Origin: Cycas panzhihuaensis | Lineage: Eukaryota; Plantae; Cycadophyta | Assembly: GCA_023213395.1 (NCBI GenBank) | Contig: CM041465.1 | Coordinates: 143,847,741 to 143,911,740 of the forward strand | Length of the DNA stretch: 64,000 bases | Direction: 5' to 3' | In this document: one piece after another, positions 37,960 through 49,890 of the stretch | Layout: each line of letters begins with the position of its first letter | How positions within the stretch are numbered: the first letter of the stretch is position 1 | Position numbers and translations under genes: made by a program | The notes under the pieces: generated by a model | What the model was told of the DNA's origin: nothing | What the model saw: the letters and a program-made list of their open reading frames with translations, nothing else | The model's database searches: none

Positions 37960-40065
37960 TAGAGAAATGTTAGTCCTCCCTCTTTAGTATGAGAATAGAC
38001 CCTAACTCTAAAATAGACTAAAAGAGATAAACAACATATATTCTAAATGTAGTCAATCATGTAATTTTGATTATATATACAAGTAGTAAATAATCAAACA
38101 TAGCAAATAAAATATAACCCTATGGATTCAAAAACTAGTAATAGGTACAAACTTCTTATTAGTTATAATATCCATCTATGTTATTATAAAGTGTGCATGC
38201 CACATTAGAACGCGGTGGGACCACCAACAGTTGACATAAACTAACTTAGTCATTAGGTATATATTATTTTATAATTTATTTTAAACAATATTTTTAATAC
38301 CAAAGTCAGTTAATGGCATGCTTGCCCAATGTCTCAACTATTTATATAGGCTCTTATGGCCTAATGGTATTCCTTAACAATGTCAGCTTTATATGGATTT
38401 TGTTTATTATTCATAATATATACCTTATAGTCTCTATTTTTCTCTGCCCTCATGCTATCAATTGGGATCAGAGTGCTTTGTTCACTTATAGAGACCATAA
38501 AGGAACTACAAAGTGCAATGTAGTATGCCATATATACTAGCATCGCCATATATTTAATATTATATAATGCATTTTTTATTTTATCTCCATGCACAACTTG
38601 CGTGTATATATACATGGCCTATGTTCCATATTTAAGCTCTCAACTCATGGTTCTTTGCAAAAAGTTTAATCGTGTGTAGGCTAGCATTGACATAGAAGAG
38701 ATTTCATACAAATTGTGAGAGATTTCTATTGAAATTTATTTGATTTTATTTAGTTTTTTAGGTTTAATAAGGAGACCCTACTTCAATAGAGTCTAATTCT
38801 TCAATAGATGATCAAAACTACATCATATGACTATTCATTTTAATCCTCTCTAAGTCTACTACATTATGGAGAAGATAGTTTGTCATTTCATCGCCTCATT
38901 AAAGAGAAATCTCACTATGAAGCGCTATTACCCTTGTGGTTTTATAAAAACTTGCCATCTATCCACCTTTATTTCAATATTATTTCATATTTTTCATTAT
39001 TTTTCTCAAATTTTCTTTATAAACTTGGGTGCCCATCCTCTATTGAACCAATCGATTGATCCTGGTGTTATTTTGTCTTTCCTTTCGATTGATTTAATTG
39101 ATCAAATATCCTCTATGAGTCGTAAAAAGTCTACACAAGTTTTATTTACATTAAAAATTCAATTTTCTTTTATATTTTTTACATTGTTTAAATTTAATTT
39201 AATTAGATTTAATAATATTTGGGGTTTAGCCCCCTTCTTTCATCAGCCAATGGTCACCTTGTAGCCTCATATAACCTTGTTTTATTAGAAAAGGGACAGA
39301 TCTCAAACCTAATTAAGTTATATTTCAATTTTTTGGATTTTAAGAAATTAAGCCAAATTTAATAATTTTTAAAATTCAGAGCCCCCTTCATAGCCTAGTG
39401 GATGGTCACATACAGTAAACAAGTGACAAGGGACCATCATGTTAAGGGGCTTAAGGACCCTTCCTTTTGTTTTTTAGCCATAATGAGGTGTCCGTACTGT
39501 TTTCTTAATATCTTTAAAACTATGAGTCTATTTTTAAACAGTTTAAATCATTGGAAAGCTAACTCAAAGCTCTATATTTTAGAATTAGTTTAGCATTAAT
39601 TTAAAGTTGTTTTATCGGTCTTTAAACTACTATATTTAACTTATCTAATTAGTCTTTATTTAAGCATTTCTCATTATTTTTAAAGAAATTTCTTAAATTT
39701 ATTCAAGGATGTTGATGATATATTACTATACTAACTATTAATAGTAGATTTTAGTCCATTATTTAAACTTATTTATATATATATATTAATTTATTTAGTG
39801 TAGATTTACTTTTAAAAGAGAAGCAAATGATTTGGGTTAATTTCTTATAAACAAGAGTATTCTAAACACTATTACCATTTCAATTTATTTTATTTAGTAC
39901 TATCGACTTATTTACATTTCATTTGAGTTGGTTTCATTTTATTTCATTATAAATATTTTAAGTTTTTTCAATTATTAGTAAAAGGAACCATTACTTGTAA
40001 GGAAGACCACATTTAAGATGAAATTTTTTACATTAACAAGATAGCTCCCAAATAAACCACTCGTA

Positions 40066-40470
40066 TTTTCTAGCCTTGCAAGGGAAATGATTAAGAACCC
40101 TAAAGTTACCACCCCACAAACGTCTTTGGTGAACTCTAAGTTATTGAAGAAATCATTGGTTATCAAATGTATTTAATGGTAGGATAAGGTGGAGAACCTT
40201 TTTCCTTTTAAAGTTTGAAGACCAAGCTAGAACCAGAGGGGGTAAGTGCCTTAGTTGGTCAAGCTCTTAACACTAGATCTGTCACTAGGCATAAGACCAG
40301 TGTAAGTAGACCAATAAATTAGAGGGGTATTTGACCTTCTTTATAGCATGTGTACTAATGTATATTGAGGCTTGAGCTCATGTACTAGTATATTAGGTCC
40401 TTGGCTTGCCACTTGTAGGCAAGTGCCATTAGATAGGATAGTAACCAAGAGCTTTCCTTAGAAACCCTAA
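40066..40470 (+). ncRNA. Conserved structured leader module, copy 2 (element D)
   Basis: Long-range stem AAGCTCTT 40261-40268/AAGAGCTT 40447-40454; hairpin GCTTGCC 40404-40410/GGCAAGT 40418-40424; gag ATG at 40564. Confidence 0.65.
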
Positions 40471-43400
40471 GATGTTGAACTCTAGATTAAAAACCCCTTT
40501 GGTGGATAGGACATAAATAAATTTAAAATTTTTTAGGGGTTACTAAAACATAGTTGAATTACAATGGCACCAACACTTGGAAACATGATTATTCCAAAAT
40601 TTAATAGAACAAATTTCCTTAATTGGAGTAAGAAGATGAAACTTATTTTCATAGTCAAAGATATGTGGGAATTTATTAAGGAAGGATTTGATGAACTTAG
40701 AGAAAATATGACCTTGAATGATAAAATAGTTTATAGAGAATGTGTTAAGGATAATTAAGCCTTAGCACTTATTTTATGTGCTCTAGAAGACCGTATATTT
40801 CCTAGAGTGAGTGAATACACTACATCAAAGGAAGCTTAAGACACATTAAAGCCGATTTATAAAGGAGCTATCTCAACCAATCATCAATCCCTTAGAAGTA
40901 AGTTTAAAAATTTAAAGATGTTACCAAGAGAGAGTGTTAATAAATTCATTACTAAGGTCCAAGACCTAGTCAACCAAATAAGATCCCTTGGAGAAGTATT
41001 AGCTGAGCAAAGAGTTATGGAAAGAATATTAAGATATATTAGAAAAGCTAAGTAATTTGAAATGGTAGCTATAAGTATTGAAGTTTCAAGGACTTAAGTT
41101 CCCTCAAGATTAAGCAATTGAGTGCCATGCTTCTTACCATAGAAGAGAAGAAAGGAGGACAAGAAACTTTAGAACATGCCTTTGCCACAAAGGTAAGGAT
41201 TAGGCAAAATAATCAAGGAAAAAGTTCTAAGGGGAGGGAAAGAGGTAGATCAACCTCTATAGGTGGACAAACCTCTAGAAGTAAAAGCAATATCCAAGGG
41301 AGTAGAGCACCTATTTAATGCTTATATTACCATAAGATTAGACATATAGAGGATTATTGTTTTACCAAGAATATAAACCAACAAAGAGGGAGTGCAAATA
41401 CTATAACTGAAAGTAGAGAAAATGATAAACTCTTCTTATCAAGTCTTATGACCAATGAAGAAGTAGATAGCTAGTATATAGATTTAGGATGCTCAACTCA
41501 TATGACATATAAGGAGGAAATTTTTAAAGTTATCAATAGAACTAAAAATGGGAAGATTATGTTTAGGTACAACACTTCATATGAGTCAAGTGGCAGAGGT
41601 AATATTACCATCACTGTGAAATTAAGTCAAACTCAAAACATTAATGATATACTTCATGTACCTTCCTTGAAGAAAAATGTACTTTCGATAGGACAGATGA
41701 TAGAATAAGATTATAAGGTCACTTTGATAATGATGAATATATAATTAATGATAAAAGGATGAACAAAGCCATTGTAGCCAATGGACAAATGACTAGTGAT
41801 CGACTATTTAAGCTAGTCATTCCTAGTATAGATAACTATGCATTGAAAGCCTCTATTAAGGCTAGAAGTAACACTTAGCATAAATAATTTGGCCATCTAA
41901 GCTATAGTATCTTGGCCTTAATGAAAAGAATAGAGATGGTTGAAGGTTTGCCTACCATTAAAGGAAATAAAGAAATATATGAAGGATGTTTACTTGGAAA
42001 GCAACATAGAGAGAACTTTCTAAATAATAGCTATAGAGCACAAGGTCCCCTCCAATTAGTATACACAGATTTATGTGGTCCTATGGATGTACTCTCACTT
42101 GAAGGAGATAAATATTTCATGACATTCATTGATTACTTTACAAGACAAACTTGGGTATATTTTCTAAAGTTCAAATCAAATGCCTATCAATGTTTTGTTG
42201 ACTTCAAATCTTTTGTAGAGAAGCAAAGTAGACATCAAATTCTCTTCCTTAGATCAAACAATCAAGGAGAATTCACCTCAAATAAATTCAAAGATTTTTA
42301 TATTCATAATAGCTTAAGGAGGCAATGCACTAATCCATATACTCCATAATAGTATGGAGTAGCTGAAAGGAAGAATAGAATCATTGTTGAGATGGCAAGG
42401 TGTATGCTTAAGGACAAACAACTTTGGTGTGAATTTTGGAAAAAAGTTATACACATAACCATATATCTATTAAATAGTTGTACCACTAAGGTACTAAGGT
42501 GGGTTACACTTAAAGAGGCTTGGAAAAGACATAAGCCTAGTATTCACCACTTAAAAATCTTTGGTTGCCTAAAATTTACTCATATACTTGAGTAAAAGAG
42601 AAAGAAACTAGATGATAAATCGACCAAATGTATATTTATAGAATATTGCAATACATCTAGATCCTATAAGATATTTGATCCTAAAGAAAAGAAGATCATT
42701 ATGAGTAGAGATGTTATCTTTAAAGAAGACGATTAGATGTTATCCTTAAAGAAGACGATTATTATAAGGCAGAAATTTAGAAGGACAAAGGAAAGAATAT
42801 CATCGTAGAATTTGATTCACATCCCATATCAATAAATATACCTTCAAATATGCCAATATTACATGAATTAGGTTCTAATAAAGTTGAATCTTCCATGTCT
42901 AATTAAAATATTCTAAAGTAGGTACAAAGACTGTTAAAACATTCTAATATCTCCTTCATTTCTTTACACCTTTATATGATAATATTGTACAAAAGGACCC
43001 TTTTATATAATTAAATCACATTGGATAGTGAGGACGGCTCCACCTCTTATACCGTTAAGTTAGCCTATCCCAATACATTATAATCTTAGTAGATGGTTAT
43101 AAATATTATCTTGTACCTTTGTACTTCATATTAGATTTTGATTAATGTGAAAGCTCTACCCGAGAGAGAGCCTACAGTGTGGCAAATTCACTCTTATAAT
43201 TGAAAGACTATTTGTCTTAAATATTTGTTTGATTTAATTATTAATTATTAATATTTTAATTATTATACTAAATTCAAGGTACATGTATTTAGATCTTGTT
43301 GTTCTCACATGGTATCAGAGCTAGAGCGTACCTAATTTTAGAGTATTTTAGTGATTTAAAGCTCATTTTACTCTATTTTCTTCATGTTTTATGGTAAATA

Positions 43401-44753
43401 TAAGGTTTTATGTAGTGTTGGATCTCATACATATCTAGTTGTGAGAGATATCAACCTCCCACATTAGATTTTGAAGCTTGTTTATATTCATCTAGGGTTT
43501 TACTCAGTTTTGTTGAAGAAAACATGTGAAAAATCATATTTTTTACTTGTTAAAACTATATTTCTAATGATCCTTGCTTGCTAGAGTATTACTAGGGTTT
43601 GTAGTAGCCCTACATCCATTTCTCATACTTGACAGAAGAGTTTTCTAGAGTTTTTTGGCTGTTTTTTACTCTATTCTTCATTGTAGGGCCTACAAAAGAT
43701 TTGTGACTTTAGTAGCTTTTTACAACCTCTATAGAGCATCTTTTTTAGTCCCATCTATTCTATTAGCTCCATCTAAGTTGTATGCCCCTCCCCCTAAAAT
43801 TTCATGACATTTGGTAATCATTTGGGATGCCTTCAAGCTCGTTGATCCTCTATGGGGCTCGTGCACCTCACATACATGCAGTGCGGCCTCTAAACATTGA
43901 AAATTTTGATATTTTTTATCATATGATTCATCACTTTAGTGGAATGATATTAAATATAATTTAAAATCCATTTATATCCACTTTATCCCCTCTATTTAAT
44001 CACATTAAGGCTATAGATGACCTTTCTTCTTTGACTAAAGGGCAGAATTCAAGCCTAAATAAACTAGATTTAATCCTTTTTATTGTGCAAAATCTATAAA
44101 CTCCTTTGGATAACTTTTCATATTCATTAGGCCCTTAGTACCATTAACAAGTAGTCATGTGGGGCTTACAAGTGATCGGGTGTCAATCTGAAGGGAGCTT
44201 AACCTAGTTTTTCATTTAATTTTTGGGCATAAAAAGGTACTTGTACTGTTTCTATGATATCTCCTTAACTGTGCATCCATCTTTTAAACTATCTAAAGCA
44301 GTAAAAATCTAATTCAGAGCTTTATAGCTTAGAATCAAATTGAGCTAGATTTAGAGCTGATTTAAAGGAGATATTAGTTGCTTAATTTAACCCTTATATT
44401 TGAGTTATTTGAGCCTTACCTTTCAAGATTTGAAGCTATTTTTCAATTTTCTTGAGGTTCTTTTGCTAGATTAGGCTATGTCTTATCATTTTTAGCTATT
44501 CAATTCTTATTTTTAAGGCTAATAAGTACTTGGTGATGTCTCATATGTAGGTGTTTCTCTTAGAAGGTTAAAGAAGTTAACTCTTAAAGCTTGGCCTATT
44601 AAGAGCATTCTAAACCTACCCTTGTTATTTCAATTTACTTTCTTTCCTTTTTATTTCATTTATTACTTTAAAAAGAACCTATTGTGTGTAAGAAACTCAC
44701 TTGAAAAATTAAATTTTCACATTGAAAAAGATAATTCATGAATTAAACTCATA

Positions 44754-45150
44754 TTTTTAGCCTTGCAAGGAGAATAGTTAGGACGCCTGAAATTACCATC
44801 TTGCACACACCCTTGGCCTACTCATATTGGATGAGGAACATCATTGGATATAAGATGTAATAGGTGGTAGGCTAAAGAGAAGACCCTATCTTTTGAAGTT
44901 TAGAGCCCAGGCTAGACCCAGGGGGGTGAGTGCCTTGGTTAATAAGTTCTCACCATTAGATCTGTCATTTGACAGAAGACTAGCACATGTGAGAAAACAA
45001 ATTAGGGGGGTCTTGGGACCTTCTTAGTAGCTCATGTACTAAGGTATATCAAGCCCTTGAGCTCATGTACTGGTATATCAGGTCCCTAGTTTACCACTTG
45101 TGGGTAGGCACAATTAGACATGATAGTGACTAAGAGCTTTCCTGAAGACC
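44754..45150 (+). ncRNA. Conserved structured leader module, copy 3 (element E)
   Basis: TTTAGCCT 44756-44763/AGGCTAAA 44869-44876; GGGACCT 45015-45021/AGGTCCC 45080-45086; GTTTACC 45089-45095/GGTAGGC 45103-45109; gag ATG at 45247. Confidence 0.65.
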
Positions 45151-45246
45151 CTTTGCATTAAAATCCTAGATTAGAAGCCACTTAGGTAGATTAGTACCTC
45201 ATTATATAAAAACTTTAAAAGCATCAAACACAAAAACCTTTCAAGC

Positions 45247-48200
45247 ATGGAATTACAAATGCTTCTTTCCAATAACATCAAACTCAATGGCATTAATAAC
45301 TTTATACCATGGAAAAAATAAGTCAAAAACTTGCTTATCATGAATGAATATTGGGCCTATGTCAACGGGGACATACCCATGCCTAAACCCACTCAAGATC
45401 CTAATGATTCCACTAAAATTGTTCTACCTGATCATGTAGCCTTAGTAAACTTCAAAGCTAAGGATAACATTATCTTATCTTTCCTCCACTTAGCAGTTGA
45501 AGACTAAGTGGATCAAAACATTGAAATAGCATAATGCTTGAATAAAGCTTGGACCATACTTTATTCCCTCTATGAGAGGAAGGATGAATTTAGGTCCCTT
45601 GCCCTTAAGGCTCACCTATTTGATATTCCTTTTTCTAGAAACATTACAAATCATTTGACTGAAGTCAAAACTATTAGAAACCAATTGATTATCCTTAGTG
45701 AGCATCCTTCTAACCATAATCTAATCTCAAGCATTATAAATATCTTACCCATTGAATACAACTTATTTGTCTCCAAGTTATATGACAATTATTCCAAGAT
45801 AAACTTTATAACTTTTGAGAGGTTCTTGCTTTAAGAGGAAAATATTCTCAATTGACGAGGGGTGACATCAACATCTAACTCAACTCCTACCTTTACAGCC
45901 CAAAACTTAGAAAAGGGCAAGATTGTTAATAGCGAGGCCCAATAGCTTAGTTAGCAACAAGACATAGATCAACTCTTAGACTCTCTCTCTATAACACAAA
46001 AGTCACATCAATAGCTAACTCAGTAGCATCTCATTAGCACCTCCTCCTCCTCATATCCAAATCAATAGCCTTAACAATTACAATATCAACCACAAGGATA
46101 GTCTTAAAAGAACCAGTAGGACAAACAAAATGTAACCTAACTCTACTATGGAAATTTTGGATAGCTAGCTATTAAATGTAGGAGAAGATAGGCTGATTTA
46201 TAACTCTTAAAAAAGTAAGTGAGCTAAGCATATAGGCTAGTTTATCAATAAACACTCCCTATTTATCAACAAGAAGTACCCACATACCATCAAGGAGGCC
46301 CTAGTTATAATCAACAAAGATAAGGAGCTTCTTATCAATAAGGATGACCATGCCCTCCTCAAGAAGCCCCTTTTCCACAACAAGGAGGCCCTTATTATCA
46401 ATATGGTGGTCATATTCAGCAATAAGGAGGTCCTTTCTACCCATAAGAGGGGCCACCATATCAACCTCAAAGCTATTTCTATCAACAGAATTAGAATCAA
46501 AGGCCCACACAAGGACAAAGACTTTAAAATAGGCAATAGTTCTTAAATAGGAATCAAAGGAACCAATAATATAATTAACAACAAGGTGGAAATATGAGAG
46601 ATGGTTAAGACTCCTAATCCCATAACCTATTTTTTGTAGTATTGTCCTTTTAACTTGATGAGACCATATGGCTTCTTGATCCTGGTGTAATAAGACACAT
46701 GACAGGTTCTGAAAAAATGTTGGAAGAAACCCAACCTATCAATATGCAAATGGTCATATTTGAGGATAACTTGACTTACAATATGACTAAAATTATTAAG
46801 GCATCTATCACATTCAAGGACTTTAATACTAGACACCATATTAGTAATGCGTTCCTTGTACCCGATATGAAGATGAACATGCTCTCCATCATCCAAATGG
46901 ATAAGTAGAACTTAGATGTCCTCCTTAGCTAGGGAATTTATAGAATTATAAATCATGCTACAGGTAAACTTGTGGTCATAGGACATGAAGATGGTGGCTT
47001 ATATAGGCTAGATATGTCCCTCTTACCACTACTTTTCAACATGAATCCTACTCAATGGCCAACACAACTCGATGTAATAAAGGGAAGGATGTGATTAAGG
47101 AAGAGTCCTCTTACAGACATGAACCAGAAGAATGCTTGCACTCAAAAGATGAAGTGACTACAAATAAATCCAAAGACCACCTATGACATCAACATCTAGG
47201 CCATTTGAATATGTAAAGATCAAACCTCATGTCTAAGCTCAAAATGGTATATGACCTACCCAAAATCAAGAGATAGCAGAACATATATGAGGCATGCCTA
47301 AAGGGAAACCAACAAAAAGAAAAATTCCCTTCTAAGAATACATGGAGAGCTTCATAACTATTAGAGTTGGTATGTTCTAATATTTTTGGCACTATGTCCA
47401 CCTAATCTCTCAATAGTAGCTGGTATTTCATTACCTTCATAGATGACTTCTCAAGGAAAGTATGGGTCTACTTCTTAAGAAATAAATATCAAGCCCTAAC
47501 TAGATTTAAAGAGTTTAAAGTTATTGCTAAAAATAAAAGTGGGATGAGAATTAAGACTCTTAGATCTAATAATGGTTATGAGTACATTTTAAACTAGTTT
47601 AATAACTTTTGCAAAGAACATGGCATCCTACGTTAATTTTCTACTCCTCACACACCCTAGCAGAACAATGTGGCTAAAAGGATGAATCAAACTTTGGTCA
47701 ATAAATAGAAAGTCATGCTTAGTGTGTCCAACCTTTCCATTAGATTTTGGGTTAATGTCATTTCCATGGCTACTTACCTAACCAACATAAGTCCCACAGT
47801 TACGGTTAGGAACATTACTCTCAAAAAAGCTTGGTCAAGTCAAAAACCATCTATAGCTCACTTGAGGATCTTTAGATGCATGACATTCAAATAAGTCCTA
47901 AAGGATAATAGGAAGAAGCTCGATGATAAGAGTCTTAAGTGCATTTTCCTTAGCTATATACTTAGTTGCAAAACCTATAAAGTCTTTGACACAGTTGGTA
48001 ACCAAGCTTACATGACTCAGGATGTAATATTTGCAAAAGAACCATAGGTGTTGACACCTCCTCCATATCAGATTATAGTAGAAGATGAAGTCGGTGCAAT
48101 ACAAGTGACCCTTAGATAAACTTTAGAGCCACCTATACCAGCTTACTCCTACACTCTTAGTCCATCATTAGTTCTAATAGCTTCTTGGTCATCCACTTAA

Positions 48201-49890
48201 GCAAACACAAATTTTCCTCATATTTCAATTAATGACCTCTAAGTGGAAGCCACTAGCTTTCAACCACCTCCTAAGTGGGTATAACAACTTTTAAAGGATG
48301 TTCCTCCTCCACCCAAAGTTACAAAGAGGCCTTCTAAGATGAGACACTCCAAAAACTTTGCTTTTATGGCACGTGTTCTTAAGACTCCTAAGCCTTCCAT
48401 ATTTGAGGAGGTAGTCAAAGACTAAACATGGAAAGTAGCTATGGATAAAGAGATGAATTCTATCTTTAAAAATGACACTTGGGAGCTGACTAAATTGCCA
48501 CCTAGGAAGAAAGCAATTGATTGTAGATGGCTATATAAGATAAAGTTCTCTGTAAATGGCACCATAGAGCATGAGATTTTAAGAAATAGGAAGGAATTGA
48601 CTATGATGAGACCTTTTCACCAGTAGCCAACATGACCATATTCCATTTGGTTATGTCCCTAATAGCCTAATTTAGATGGCCTATTTACCAAATAGATGTG
48701 AAGAGTTCTTTCCTTAATGGAGAGCTCAAAGAAGAGATTTTCTTGACTCAACCCTTAGGCTATATTATTCTGAAACAAGAACACTTAGTTTATAGACTCA
48801 AGAAAGCCCTTTATAGACTCAAGCAGGAACCATGTGCCTAGTATATAAAGATAGATGCATTTCTCACGCAACATGGATTTAATCATTCACCCTCTAACCC
48901 TAATCTCCATATTTAAGTTATAGACAATTTGATCACTATCATTGTACTTTATGTGGATGATCTTGCTATCGCTGGTAATGATACAGATGGAATTGCTTGG
49001 CTTTAACTAGAGTTAAAGAGTAATTTTAAGATGACTGACCTTGGCATGCTTCACTACTTCCTTAGAATTAAAGTTTTGTAAGAACTAGGACACATCCTCC
49101 TAATTCAAACCAAGTATACCAATGAATTCTTGGAAAGATTTAAGATGATAGAATGCAAGCCTACACTAATTCCCATTGAGACAGAAACCAAGCTAAACCT
49201 AGATGAATAAGGAAAACCTTTTGATCCTACTTTATACTGATAATTAGTTGGGAGTCTCATTTATCTCACTCATACTTGCTCAGATATCTCATATGCAGTA
49301 GGGATCTGTTCTAGATGTATGTCACAACCCAAAGCTTCTCATTGGAAAGTAGCCATTAAGATCCTCAAATATATCTATGGCACTCATTAGTTTGGCCTTG
49401 AGTATAATAAGACTGAATCACCTACTCTAAAGGGAGATACAGATGTTAATTAGGCTAGTTGCTAGGATACAAGCCATTCAACTTTAGGCTATTGTTTTGA
49501 TATGAACTCAATTATAATCTCATGGAGCTATAAAAAGTAACCCATTATTACCCTTTACTCCACCGAAGTAGAATATAAAGCACTTGTCCATGCTACAACC
49601 AAGTTGATTTGGTTGAGCAAGATTCTCATTGAGCTTAGACTTCAACAGACTTTACCAACCATCATATACTATGATAATCAAAGTGTGTTAAAGATGATAA
49701 AGAATTATGTATTCCATACCAAAACCAAGCACATTGAGGTCCCCCATCACTTCATCTATGAGCATATCCAAAATTGAGAAGTTGATATCATCTATCATCC
49801 TATTGAAGACCAAGTTGCAGATATCTTTACTTAAGCACTTGGTAAAATAAAGTTTAAATGGTTTAGATTTGACCTCAACATCTAAAGAAA
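45247..49890 (+). pseudogene. Copia gag-pol of E
   Basis: IKLNGINNFIPWK...YWAYVNG; WLLDPGVIRHMTG protease; FIDDFSRKVWVYFL; NDTWELTKLPPRKKAIDCRWLYK; LYVDDL; DQVADIFT. Confidence 0.95.
46230..46610 (+). repeat. Coding minisatellite-like tract giving a Q/G/Y/P-rich Gag segment
   Basis: Repeated CAAGGAGGCCCT-type units; reads HQGGPSYNQQ, PQQGGPYYQYGG, QQ*GGPFYP. Confidence 0.8.

Noticed and set aside
46237-46536. Overlapping 99-, 69- and 62-aa ORFs
   Set aside because: Off-frame or antisense by-products of the Gln-rich repeat in E gag.
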